Of a stretch of DNA of 64,000 nucleotides, positions 38,575-48,257 are shown one piece after another. Positions within the stretch are counted from its first letter, which is position 1; each line of letters starts with the position of its first letter. The position numbers and the translations under genes were made by a program. The notes under the pieces are model-generated. The model was not told where the DNA came from, did not search any database, and saw only the letters and a list, made by a program, of their open reading frames with translations. Source of the stretch: an uncultured Lentisphaeria bacterium (GTDB lineage: Bacteria; Fidelibacterota; UBA8477; JABMPR01); NCBI GenBank assembly GCA_964508765.1, contig CAZDVD010000010.1, positions 14,595 through 78,594 of the forward strand. The letters are read 5' to 3'.

Positions 38575-40410
38575 CTACTTCAGATACACCATTTTAATCG
38601 TCTTGCTGTAATCTCCTGCATCTAATCGACAGAAATACACACCTGTACTCACATGGTTACCTGAATGATCTAACCCGTTCCACTGCACCTGGTAATTGCC
38701 AGGAGATTTCACTTTATCTTGAAGTGTCATGACCTCCTGCCCCCGAATATCGAAGACTGATAGTCTAACCTGAGTTAGTTCTGGTAGTGTATAGCTGATG
38801 GTCGTGGTCGGGTTGAAAGGGTTGGGATAGGCGTCTTTTAATGTAAAAGTCTCAGGTATTGCCAGGTAGTCCTCTTTATTTACAGTGATTTTAACAATGT
38901 TGTGTCTTTCCACTACTCCAGAATAACTAACGTCTGATAAACGATACTCATAAGTCATTCCTGGAATAACAGCCTGGTCGATAAAACTGTAATCTGTTCT
39001 ATGGGTTACGCTACCCTGGCCACACAAATCCGGATGGGTGATATAACTGGCAAGCTCACTCCACTTCTCTATCTCTCCACTGCTCCTGCGCTCCAGTGTG
39101 AAGCCCAGGTTCTCTATTTCACTCTCGGTTACCCACCGTAAAGTTACACCAGCACTTTTTTGCTCGGCGGTAAAACAGATTAGTTCCACTGGCAGGGACA
39201 AATCGGCGGTGGACGCATAAATATAAGCAGCGCCCGCGTTGCTGCCGCCGGTATCTTCACAACACGCTGCCACAATGGCGTAATCGCTGGATATGGATAC
39301 TCCAACGCCGAAATAATCATCAGCCTGCGCGTCGGAAGCGGTTATTTTAGATTTTTCCGTCCATGTAACACCATTCCGTAAATAGGAATAAGCCGCACCC
39401 GCGTTGCTACCAGCGGTATCTTCACCATATGCCCCAACAATGGCATAATCGCCGGATATAGATACGGACATTCCAAAAAGATCACTCTCCTGCGCGTCGG
39501 AAGCAGTTATTTTCGCCTGCTGCGTCCAATCAGTCCCGCTTCTATAAAAAATATAAGCCGCGCCTGGGTAGCTTCCGTCGATTTCTTTATAATACGCTCC
39601 TACAATAGCGTAATCACCGGATATGGATACTGAACATCCGAAATAATCATTAAAATGCGCGTCTGAAGCAGTTATTTTTGCCTGCTGCGTCCAATTTGTC
39701 CCACTTCTATAAAAGATATAAGCCGCGCCCGATTCACCGGCAGGAGCAGCGGAGTCTTCTTCATCCGCTCCAATAATAGCATAATCGCCGGATATGGATA
39801 CGGAAAGTCCGAAATAATCTTCCTCCTCTGCGTCAGATGCTGTTAATTTTGCCTGCTGCGTCCAATCAGTCCCGCTTCTATAAAAGATATAAGCCGCGCC
39901 CGCATCGTAAGTGTCGCCGGGGTCTTCCCAGTACGCCCCCACAATGGCGTAATCGCCGGATATGGATACGGAAAGTCCGAAATAATCTTCCTCCTCTGCG
40001 TCAGAAGCAGTTATTTTTGCCTGCTGCGTCCAACTCGTCCCGCTTCTAATAAAAATATAAGCAGCACCTGCGTCGCTACCGCCCGCGTCTTCATCAGACG
40101 CCCCTACAATGGCGTAATCGCCAGATATTGCACAACTTACAAAATTATCACCTGCCTGTGCATCGGATGCGGTTATTTTTGCCTGCTGCGTCCAACTTGA
40201 TCCGCTTCTATAAAAAATATAAGCTGCTCCTGCGTCGCTGCCGCCCGCGTCTTCACCTGATGCTCCAACAATGACATAATCGCCGGATATGGCGGAGCCT
40301 CCGAAACAATCATCAGCCTGCGCGTCGGAAGCAGTTATTTTTACCTCGACTCCCCAGAGATAACTAACGCTTAAAAATACCGCTGTTAGTGTTAATAAAA
40401 TATTTCTCAT
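38575..40410 (-). CDS. Secreted 7-bladed FG-GAP/integrin-alpha-like beta-propeller protein with an FN3-like module and a T9SS CTD
   Basis: Signal peptide. Seven units K(I/L)TASDA...D.FG.SVSISGDYAIVGA..ED....AGAAYIFYRSG..WTQQA. CTD DAYPNPFNPTTTISYTL...GVYFCRLDAGDYSKTIKMVYLK. Confidence 0.85.
   Translation of the reverse strand: MRNILLTLTAVFLSVSYLWGVEVKITASDAQADDCFGGSAISGDYVIVGASGEDAGGSDAGAAYIFYRSGSSWTQQAKITASDAQAGDNFVSCAISGDYAIVGASDEDAGGSDAGAAYIFIRSGTSWTQQAKITASDAEEEDYFGLSVSISGDYAIVGAYWEDPGDTYDAGAAYIFYRSGTDWTQQAKLTASDAEEEDYFGLSVSISGDYAIIGADEEDSAAPAGESGAAYIFYRSGTNWTQQAKITASDAHFNDYFGCSVSISGDYAIVGAYYKEIDGSYPGAAYIFYRSGTDWTQQAKITASDAQESDLFGMSVSISGDYAIVGAYGEDTAGSNAGAAYSYLRNGVTWTEKSKITASDAQADDYFGVGVSISSDYAIVAACCEDTGGSNAGAAYIYASTADLSLPVELICFTAEQKSAGVTLRWVTESEIENLGFTLERRSSGEIEKWSELASYITHPDLCGQGSVTHRTDYSFIDQAVIPGMTYEYRLSDVSYSGVVERHNIVKITVNKEDYLAIPETFTLKDAYPNPFNPTTTISYTLPELTQVRLSVFDIRGQEVMTLQDKVKSPGNYQVQWNGLDHSGNHVSTGVYFCRLDAGDYSKTIKMVYLK
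39211..40341 (-). repeat. Coding tandem repeat, 7 units of 46-57 codons (propeller blades)
   Basis: Residues 24-400 of the 611-aa protein. DNA-level similarity between units is high enough to give a repetitive antisense shadow ORF (39837..40049). Confidence 0.85.
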
Positions 40411-40945
40411 GATTCTCCCCTCATCTAAGATTTCAATCAGCCCTGAGAATCAGAAGGAATAAAACAACTTGTGGAATAATGTAGTATGTTTTGAATATAG
40501 TGCATCACTTGCGCATTAGCAAATACCCCGGTTATTCTTCAATTTAAGGATTCAGAAATGTATCGACTAGCACACAGGGAACAAATCCTATCACATATGG
40601 AACATTTCAGGTGTTTTTTGAGTGTTCAGAGAAATTTGGCTGTGGAGAACCGTGTGCTGGCTAAGCTAGACAAGCGACATGATAACTTGATTTATGTCGA
40701 GTGTAAATGGGACCTCTTGCCGAGGATTGACTACTGCTCATTCGGTGAATCAAGAAGAGCTTCTGGATGGTCGTATATGAGTAGGTTTTTTGCCCTAGCT
40801 GACCACACACGCTCGTCTAAATGCTTTCCCAGCCAGTTTATGTGCCTAAGTATGTTGATGAGCATTACCAGAACTATAGGTAAGCAATTTATAGTATAGT
40901 GAAACAGTCGGTATCCCCGATTATGCATAGAAAAGGGGCCAGCCG
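40411..40945 (-). repeat. Copy B of the duplicated upstream block, with a B-specific insert of about 220 bp (40528-40746)
   Basis: See copy A. Proximal part 40411-40527, distal part 40747-40945. The listed ORFs 40558..40899 and 40731..41045 fall inside it and are not conserved as ORFs in copy A. Confidence 0.7.
40494..40522 (-). promoter_or_regulatory. Sigma-70-like promoter for the FG-GAP cargo gene
   Basis: Minus strand: TTGCTA - 17 nt - TATATT, about 80 nt upstream of the ATG at 40410. Same -35 hexamer and spacing as copy A. Confidence 0.5.
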
Positions 40946-41041
40946 AAGCCAGCCTCTTGAGGTATATTGAAGTAGTGGGGGGACTACCTTCTATTAGGAA
41001 ATATTTCCGGTTAGTTAGATTCAAGTTATTGTTGATGGTTC

Positions 41042-41869
41042 TCATTTTCTCTTTTTAGATCCTGTCGGGTTGGATTTTAACTCAGGATGGTACTGATATA
41101 CAAGCTCTCTATATTGGATAATTGTGCTTTTAGATTTGCCTGAGACTCGAACCATCTCCATCAGATTGAAGCCTTTTTCCATCATCATTTTTGCATTTCT
41201 GTATGCTCGCAGGTAATGGCCCACGGATTCAATAGTATGATTTGTCAAACGCGCTATATCTGGATCTGGTATTCCCTGTTCATACAGGTTCACTATTGGT
41301 GCTTTGTGGGTTGGCCGACTGCCTTGATCTAAGATGATACCCTTTGTGGGCAGGATGTCCTCATGAGTCTCATGATACATTTTCAGATAACGACCAATAA
41401 CATGTAAGCTCCGATTCATTAATACTGACAACTCAGCACCGGTAAGTAAGCCACCCTGTTTGAAAGCACTCTTAACCAGCCTGGCCATCACTTCCATGTC
41501 CCGCTGGGCTTGCTTCTTGTGATTATTACCCTTTTTCTCTACGTGATAGTGACTACGCATCCGGTACTCAACATCTTTCTGAATAACTAAAGGCAGGATA
41601 ACAGTTTTAATCTTTTCGTCTTCTACTTTTTTACCATAGCTGGGCTTCTTCTCAGTGGCTGCTGTAGTCTGCCAGACTATACTGCCACACCCAACTGTGC
41701 TGGTCTCAGGGTAAAACTCCTTATGCAACTCAACGATGTCATCAGCCATCATCTGGATCACCTTGTGGCTGCCTACCAGTTTGTAATTGTTCTCGATATG
41801 GTGGATAATATTGTTACGGAAGCTACGCTTGGGAATTGAAGCATAGCGATCATTGTTTTTAGGTTTCAT
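41042..41869 (-). CDS. HTH-rich protein, DUF1670-like (family call from memory); second gene of a paralogous pair
   Basis: 275 aa. Core GGLLTGAELSVLMNRSLHVIGRYL...LPTKGIILDQGSRPTHKAPIVNLYEQG...IARLTNHTIESVGHYLRAY aligns with the upstream gene. The ATG overlaps the upstream stop (ATGA). Confidence 0.65.
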   Translation of the reverse strand: MKPKNNDRYASIPKRSFRNNIIHHIENNYKLVGSHKVIQMMADDIVELHKEFYPETSTVGCGSIVWQTTAATEKKPSYGKKVEDEKIKTVILPLVIQKDVEYRMRSHYHVEKKGNNHKKQAQRDMEVMARLVKSAFKQGGLLTGAELSVLMNRSLHVIGRYLKMYHETHEDILPTKGIILDQGSRPTHKAPIVNLYEQGIPDPDIARLTNHTIESVGHYLRAYRNAKMMMEKGFNLMEMVRVSGKSKSTIIQYRELVYQYHPELKSNPTGSKKRK

Positions 41870-42681
41870 AGCGGTACCCCAGTCTTTTTTTTAGATGGAT
41901 ACATCACCTGTAACTGGTCTATCAGCTCAATGTAAACCGGAGGCCAATGATCACCTTGCTTGTACTTTTCGAACAGCACCAGATACTCTTTTGTCAGCCG
42001 CTCACTGCAGTTCAATAACCGGCTGATCTCAATTACTCGGGTTATTCCTTTGTTCAGGATGATCAGCATACGCCCAAAGGTACTTACGTAGTTTTTTACC
42101 GCAGTGGCACTATGTCTGGTCTTACGCATAATCTCATGGTAGGTCATTCCAGAAAGATAGAGATCAATGATCTGGGTCTTATGACTTACTCCGGGACCTA
42201 TGTCATGATCATTACCACGGGTGTGGATAGTGTTGCCGTCTTGTTGTAAGACCTGCATATCCTTCCTGATTGTTCGGCTGGATACCTGTAGAATCCGACC
42301 CAGATCCTCCTGGGTCAGAAGACCGCCTGCCAAGTATGCTTCTTCTGTCAAACGTAAAATCTTTAACTGACGCAGTACCTCTGGCCCCTGATCCTTCAAC
42401 ACATTTAGGTCATCCACTCCATTATCCAGATTTAAGGATACTTCCAACAGATCCTGATCTTTCAACGATTTGCCATGCTTCGCTTTAAGTGAAGCACAGA
42501 TGAATCGAATCTGTCCCAGGCTCGAGGGAGTCTCTCCAAATAGACATCTCTCGGCTAATTCCAGTACGCCCTGACTCTCAGCTGGTGACAGTTCGAACTC
42601 CTTACGCAGGCTGTTGATGAAAACTTGCTCTCGGGTCTTTTCCAGACTACGGTCATAGACACTCCGATGGGTATGATACAT
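41866..42681 (-). CDS. HTH-rich protein, DUF1670-like; first gene of the pair
   Basis: I prefer the ATG at 42681, preceded by GGAGGAAGCA, over the TTG at 42723. Core GGLLTQEDLGRILQVSSRTIRKDM...IHTRGNDHDIGPGVSHKTQIIDLYLSG...IMRKTRHSATAVKNYVSTF. Confidence 0.65.
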   Translation of the reverse strand: MYHTHRSVYDRSLEKTREQVFINSLRKEFELSPAESQGVLELAERCLFGETPSSLGQIRFICASLKAKHGKSLKDQDLLEVSLNLDNGVDDLNVLKDQGPEVLRQLKILRLTEEAYLAGGLLTQEDLGRILQVSSRTIRKDMQVLQQDGNTIHTRGNDHDIGPGVSHKTQIIDLYLSGMTYHEIMRKTRHSATAVKNYVSTFGRMLIILNKGITRVIEISRLLNCSERLTKEYLVLFEKYKQGDHWPPVYIELIDQLQVMYPSKKKTGVPL

Positions 42682-42781
42682 TGCTTCCTCCAGGCTAAAA
42701 TCAAAACGGCTTCCGGTTGCCAAAACTCAATTTAGACATCCAAAAGCCGCTTCGTAGACTAAACCTACCGGAAGTATTTCC

Positions 42782-45700
42782 TTATCTCAAAAACACCATC
42801 TTTATCGTCTTGGTATACTCTCCCGCCTGTAGACGAGCGAAATACACACCCGTACTCAAAGGACAGCCTGATTGATCCAGACCATTCCACTGAACCTCAT
42901 AAGTGCCTGAAGGTTTTGTAACATCTTGCAGAGTTGTGACTTCTCTCCCGATTACATCAAGCACAGTCAGTTTGACATGCGATTGTTCTGGAAGATTATA
43001 GCTGATGGTTGTGATAGGGTTAAAGGGGTTTGGAAAACACTGATGCAGGATGATCTCCTCTGGCAGTACCTTAGGATTGTCGCTAATATTCACATAGCCG
43101 GGTATGGCAGGAATCAAAACCATCTCCAATTGTTCAGAGATGGTATAAATTGCTGTCCCATAAGCAGGGAGTGTTACAGGAAAATTTTGAAGTATGGCAC
43201 CCGTAACTTGCTCACTAGTCCCAGCATAGTGGTTATTCACCCAATAGCTCGCACTCAGGCTAAAGTCACTGTCAAATTTCAAGTTTTCACTGCTAAGGTT
43301 TAGAGTTCCTGTTTGCTCTGTTGCTTCAAAATTCACGACGGTGAGTCCATTGGAATTTTCATTCGGTCTCAGGAATGCATAAAGAATGGAATTCCCTGTA
43401 TCCACTCTATCAAAATCAGACTCATCGCTCCCATTGACCTGACCATCTCCATTGGTATCCTGCTTGTGCTGCGAAAAGGCTGGGAATTGGGCACGTATTT
43501 GTGCCAGTCTCTGGTAATGCGGGGTTAGCATACTCTTCCCCTCAAAATCCCAATCGATGATCCCTCGCCTTCGATCATTAAGATGAGGCTCCCCCGGAGC
43601 TCCCATTCCTTTTCCCCACCCTACTTCTTGACCATTCAATATCATAGGGACACCAGGCGCAGTAAAAATAACGGAAGCCATGGGTTTGGTCTTTTCAAAG
43701 GAATTGTATTTATAGCTAATTCTATCTTCATCCTGTGATTCCATAAATCGCAGGTAGTATGAGTTCTCACCGGGGTAATAACTGCCATTGTCCAGCTCAG
43801 AATGGAGTTTATTGATACTACTTGATGAGAATCCAAAGCTTCTAATAGCGTTAAAATAAGCCTTAAAATCATATGCGAGATCTAAACCACCACCCTGGTC
43901 CGCATATACGTATTCCGTGCCCACTCCCGTCCCATCATCCTCACCAAGGAGCATAATGTCGGGTTTGATACGCCTCAGGGCTTTCCTGACTGGAATTCCC
44001 ATATTCGCTTCGCCGAACTTACGACTGGGACCCCAGTAGACATCAAAGCGGTATCCATCGATCCCATATTCATTCATCCAATGTTCATACACCTCTATCA
44101 TGTAATTTCGAGCATCCAAATCTCGCCAATTCCAACTCAAGAGAGCATCACTAAACCCACAGTAATAATGAATACCCTCAGAAGTGAAACAATTGCCCAA
44201 GCCATTACTGTTATCGTCAATGATTTCTGTCTGGCGGTTCTGGTAGTAGTGCCAGTATTGTGAGAAATCACCCCATAGCTTTGCTTCCTGGGCAAATACA
44301 TGTGATTTGCCACTATGATTTGGGGTAACATCCTGGATGACTTTCAATCCAAGTTCATGGGCTTCAGCGATAAAATCCTTATAATCTTGGGCACTACCGT
44401 AGGAGGATTCGACACGCATGAAATCTTCAATGTTATAGCCAATGTTTATCTGATTGTCAATATTATCCTTAACCTCCATCACGGGTAGGACCCAGATGGT
44501 GTTAAAGCCCATGGCAGAAATATACCTTAATTTGGGTATTGCTGCGGCAATGGTTCCATCAGGTGTGAACGCTTTGAAAAACAGGAGATATATGCGACTG
44601 TTCTTCACCCATTGTGCATTGTCAGCATACTCACTTATATCAACGGATCCAGCTGGATCCACCATGAAATATTGCGTAGTAGAGTCTCGCTCCCCCTCCT
44701 CGTCTGTCACCTCCAATGATACAAAATACTCGCCCGGCACAGATGGCACAGAAAGATTGACCTGCTCCTGAGTAGCTCCCATCAGCCCAATCGCTGCAGG
44801 ATTATCAGGGTTTTCGACCCATTTATAACTTAGAGCTCCCCCATTTGGATCAGAGCTGCTACCCCCAGAGAAAATCAGAATGTCACCTTCATAAATTATT
44901 TCTATCCAAGCCCTTGGTTCATGTCTGACTTTTTTCTGAATTGTCAAGGTGTTTGAAGTAATCACTTGATCATCTTGTATGGTGCGTATCTTAAAAATAT
45001 TGTTACCTGGCAAAAGACTGATCGTTGTATCTACTTTGCCCTGATTCACTGAGATGAACCATGAAGCATCACTTCTATAGATTTCAGCAGACTTGATGCT
45101 TTGGTCAGGTTCTCCTGCAGGGGTAAATATAGCGCCTTGAATTTGCCAGGTTAATTTCCAGGTTTGAGCAGGTCGTGTAAAAAATTGAACCTGATCTGCC
45201 TGAATAGAAAAACTGGAGGAGTCCGTGTTTGTATTTCCGCCAGTTGTGGAAGCCGAGATGCTTAAAGAATGTTTGCCATTGCTCAGGGCTACAGGAATGA
45301 CGAATCGAAATTTATTTGTTACTGGATCGTATGCCTCACCAATATTCGTAAAGGTCGTATCACCAACGCTTAGAGCCAAAGTATTTGGGTCTATTTCAGT
45401 TTTGGTCGAGGGAAAGATATAAGCCGTTATCTCTGGATGACCTGTGCGTACCGGTCCAGATGCAGTGGTTGAATTAGGTAAAAGTAAGTGAATCGTCGGG
45501 TCGTGAATGAAGAGATATGTGTTACCCTCATCAGGAATATTGCGTCTGGGGTTTAAGGGATCAGAGAACCATCCCCCATCATGGAACTTGTATTGGTAGG
45601 CACCAGGTATACTTATCCCCGGTTTTGGCAAGGGGCTGGGTCCCCCAACCCGCAAACGCACTGTCTTTGACCATGAATTCTCCAGTGCATCATAGCTCAT

Positions 45701-45868
45701 CAGAGAAATATTAGATGAAGGATTCCAGCCATTAAACTCACCCGGAATATGCACACTAGAAGGATTGTTATCGGGATAATAATAGAAGGTGACATCCACA
45801 CTATCCTGTGCGGTGCCAATATTCACAATTAGCAGGAGGACTATCAGGCTGTTTGCGTATTTTCTCAC
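42782..45868 (-). CDS. Secreted GH13 alpha-amylase-family enzyme with N-terminal CBM48/Ig-like modules, a PKD-like module and a T9SS CTD
   Basis: GTG start with GGAG upstream, plus a signal peptide. VTFYYYPDNNPSSVHIPGEFNGWNP. SSDPNGGALSYKW. GH13 regions are VIQDVTPNHSG, GIDGYRFDVYWG, MLLGEDDG and FMESQDEDR. CTD QCFPNPFNPITTISYNL...KTIKMVFLR. Confidence 0.85.
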   Translation of the reverse strand: MRKYANSLIVLLLIVNIGTAQDSVDVTFYYYPDNNPSSVHIPGEFNGWNPSSNISLMSYDALENSWSKTVRLRVGGPSPLPKPGISIPGAYQYKFHDGGWFSDPLNPRRNIPDEGNTYLFIHDPTIHLLLPNSTTASGPVRTGHPEITAYIFPSTKTEIDPNTLALSVGDTTFTNIGEAYDPVTNKFRFVIPVALSNGKHSLSISASTTGGNTNTDSSSFSIQADQVQFFTRPAQTWKLTWQIQGAIFTPAGEPDQSIKSAEIYRSDASWFISVNQGKVDTTISLLPGNNIFKIRTIQDDQVITSNTLTIQKKVRHEPRAWIEIIYEGDILIFSGGSSSDPNGGALSYKWVENPDNPAAIGLMGATQEQVNLSVPSVPGEYFVSLEVTDEEGERDSTTQYFMVDPAGSVDISEYADNAQWVKNSRIYLLFFKAFTPDGTIAAAIPKLRYISAMGFNTIWVLPVMEVKDNIDNQINIGYNIEDFMRVESSYGSAQDYKDFIAEAHELGLKVIQDVTPNHSGKSHVFAQEAKLWGDFSQYWHYYQNRQTEIIDDNSNGLGNCFTSEGIHYYCGFSDALLSWNWRDLDARNYMIEVYEHWMNEYGIDGYRFDVYWGPSRKFGEANMGIPVRKALRRIKPDIMLLGEDDGTGVGTEYVYADQGGGLDLAYDFKAYFNAIRSFGFSSSSINKLHSELDNGSYYPGENSYYLRFMESQDEDRISYKYNSFEKTKPMASVIFTAPGVPMILNGQEVGWGKGMGAPGEPHLNDRRRGIIDWDFEGKSMLTPHYQRLAQIRAQFPAFSQHKQDTNGDGQVNGSDESDFDRVDTGNSILYAFLRPNENSNGLTVVNFEATEQTGTLNLSSENLKFDSDFSLSASYWVNNHYAGTSEQVTGAILQNFPVTLPAYGTAIYTISEQLEMVLIPAIPGYVNISDNPKVLPEEIILHQCFPNPFNPITTISYNLPEQSHVKLTVLDVIGREVTTLQDVTKPSGTYEVQWNGLDQSGCPLSTGVYFARLQAGEYTKTIKMVFLR

Positions 45869-46037
45869 TTAATAACTCCAAAACTTTTCGCGGGTAGCAT
45901 TAGAATGCTTCCTTCATTTAATCTCAGATCCCCATAGACAATTGTATCCATTCCCTCTTAGTGTGATCCTCACAATTAGATTTCATATTAAGTCAAATTT
46001 TATCGGTATCCAGACCATCGAATCAAAGCTTCCCTCA

Positions 46038-48113
46038 TCACTCCAATGTTTTCAGACTCGCCAAATCATCTTCATTTGCTGGTGAAATACGAACAGCTAT
46101 ACCGCCCCCTCTAGGAATTCCGACTGGTAAAATGCTCTGATTATTTACCAGGTAAGATGTAATTTCTATTTCAGTCGGATTTATCTCCCAGTCCGTATCC
46201 GATCCATCAGAGTAGATGGTCATCCGATATTTCTTTTTTGTTTCTAAAAATGATAACGGAATTACCAGATTACGTTGATTTTCATCCGTTATAGCACCAA
46301 CAAACCAGTCCTTATTTTCACGACGAGCAATTATTACAAAATCCCCTATCTCACCAGCTATGACTCTGGATTCATCCCAGTTAACCGGAACATCTCGTAT
46401 GAATTGAAAGGCCGGCTGATCCTCATAGTTTTCAGGAAAATCTGCAGCCATTTGCATTGGACTATAGATCACAACATACAAAGCAAGTTGCTTTGCCAGC
46501 GTGGTGTGAACACGGCGATTGAGATTCTCTTCAGATACGAGTTTCTTTCTTAAATCCTTATGCCGCTTATATTCAACATCAAAAATTCCTGGTGTATAAT
46601 CTATTGGACCCGCTAGCATTCTAGTGAAAGGAATGATGGTGGTGTGTTCTGGCGGATTCCCTTCACTCCACGCGTTGTACTCCATACCCCGAACCCCTTC
46701 ACGGGTGACCATATTAGGATAAGTACGACGTATGCCAGTGGGTTTGATGGGCTCATGCGCATCGATCATTATCTCATATTCGGCGGCTTTTTGAACAACT
46801 TTGCGATAATGGTTGACCATCCATTGACCATGGTGGTGCTGACCTATAGGTCTTATAGTGCCAGCGTATCCTGTTTTCACTGAGTTAATGCCTAATTGTT
46901 GATACATCTCGAATGCGGCAGTCAGATAATTTTCGTAATTACCCACCTGGCCACCTGTTTCGTGATGTCCAATTATTTTAATTCCCTTTTGTTTCGCATA
47001 TTGAGTGACTTCTGGCAAATCAAAATCATCATAACTTGATGTGAAATTAAAAGCAGCTTCATCCCACCAGCTTTCCCAGCCTATATTCCAACCTTCGATT
47101 AGAAGCCCTCGAATACCATGCTTCGCCGCAAAATCGATATATCGTTTAGCGTTCTGTGTAGTCGCACCATGATAAGGACCCTGTACCCAGGTTTCTGTTC
47201 CAATATGCATACCCCACCATATGCCCATATACTTCATAGGCTTAATCCAAGATACATCTGACAACTCGCAAGGATCGTTCAGGTTCTCAATAAGATGAGA
47301 TTCAATTAATTGGCCCGGTGTGGCGGCAATCTGTAACGTCCTCCAGGGCGTATGATGTGGAGTGGAAGCCTTTACTTTCACACTATCAGGCCAGGGTACA
47401 AGATCACATTCGAAGGCAAAAGGTTCACTATCAACCGCTTTTAAGGTCATTCCAGCATAATCTGTCAAATCTGCCTCATGTACACTTAAATAAAGCCCTT
47501 TATTTGTCTTCATCGTAATCGGTGTATTCACAGCTTCTATTTCATCTAACTTAGTCTTTCTGTACAAATGTTCATAACTGTCATAATCTGCGGGAATCCA
47601 CCAGGCGGTTGAGTTTGTCATAAAATTGAATCGAGTTTCCTCATTAATTATTTCAAAATCTTTGAGGTTTAGTTGCTCTGGTAGATAATATCGGAATCCA
47701 ATCCCATCATTATAGACTCTAAAAACGATATTTAGTATACGGTTTAAGGGAGGATTCTGTTTTAGCTGTACAACCAACTCATTATAGTTATTTCGAACAA
47801 CGCTATCTGGACCATAAATTGGCTCCCAAACTTCATCAAATTGATTAACAGATTGCTCTATTATAACAAAATTACTATCAAGCGGCTCTACGTTTTTAAA
47901 TTGAAAACCCATTTTTGAATTCTTGATAATAATATCTTGGCCATATAATACTTTATAGAATGCCTCTCCATTTTTAAGAATAAACTCAACTATTATTTTC
48001 CCATCCGGTGACGATACCGTGCTGTTATTGTTATTGAAGTTTAACGAGGTACAACCTGCTATTAATAGCAGGCATAGAATTGTAGTAAATAGTTGTAGAT
48101 TTTTATGTTTCAT
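46038..48113 (-). CDS. GH97 alpha-glucosidase lipoprotein (SusB-like)
   Basis: Lipobox LLIAGC. GH97-type blocks are IIGHHETGG, SVKTGYAG, EPIKPTGIRRTYPNMVTREGVRGMEYNAW and TLAKQLALYVV. Confidence 0.9.
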   Translation of the reverse strand: MKHKNLQLFTTILCLLLIAGCTSLNFNNNNSTVSSPDGKIIVEFILKNGEAFYKVLYGQDIIIKNSKMGFQFKNVEPLDSNFVIIEQSVNQFDEVWEPIYGPDSVVRNNYNELVVQLKQNPPLNRILNIVFRVYNDGIGFRYYLPEQLNLKDFEIINEETRFNFMTNSTAWWIPADYDSYEHLYRKTKLDEIEAVNTPITMKTNKGLYLSVHEADLTDYAGMTLKAVDSEPFAFECDLVPWPDSVKVKASTPHHTPWRTLQIAATPGQLIESHLIENLNDPCELSDVSWIKPMKYMGIWWGMHIGTETWVQGPYHGATTQNAKRYIDFAAKHGIRGLLIEGWNIGWESWWDEAAFNFTSSYDDFDLPEVTQYAKQKGIKIIGHHETGGQVGNYENYLTAAFEMYQQLGINSVKTGYAGTIRPIGQHHHGQWMVNHYRKVVQKAAEYEIMIDAHEPIKPTGIRRTYPNMVTREGVRGMEYNAWSEGNPPEHTTIIPFTRMLAGPIDYTPGIFDVEYKRHKDLRKKLVSEENLNRRVHTTLAKQLALYVVIYSPMQMAADFPENYEDQPAFQFIRDVPVNWDESRVIAGEIGDFVIIARRENKDWFVGAITDENQRNLVIPLSFLETKKKYRMTIYSDGSDTDWEINPTEIEITSYLVNNQSILPVGIPRGGGIAVRISPANEDDLASLKTLE

Positions 48114-48257
48114 ATTTAGACCTCTTCTATACCGATTGGAGTACTGATGTTACTTTTGTAATATTTCAATCATATTCTCTTTATATCACGTTTAGATTTT
48201 TACTCAGTCTCAATTGTTATTAAACATTTCTAATGAAAATCAAACAATCACAGCTTA

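Noticed and set aside
40558-41045. ORFs 40558..40899 (+) and 40731..41045 (-)
   Set aside because: They lie in copy B of the duplicated upstream block, and the equivalent frames in copy A contain stop codons. At most they are relics, not intact genes.
41042-42723. Calling the DUF1670-like pair a transposase or insertion sequence
   Set aside because: I saw no catalytic DDE, serine or tyrosine recombinase motifs and no clear terminal inverted repeats or target duplications. Mobility remains a hypothesis only.
33845-42781. A compositional (GC) genomic island between the two glycan loci
   Set aside because: Hand counts of 60-nt samples gave 53-57% GC in the 1016-aa gene. They also gave 45-57% in the beta-glucan locus and about 33% in one 60-nt sample at 47701-47760 in the GH97 gene. 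The contrast is not specific to this segment, so a proper sliding-window or codon-usage analysis is needed before any HGT claim.
42926-43303. The 125-aa plus-strand ORF and similar ORFs antisense to the GH13 gene
   Set aside because: They are antisense shadows within a gene that has all four GH13 conserved regions.
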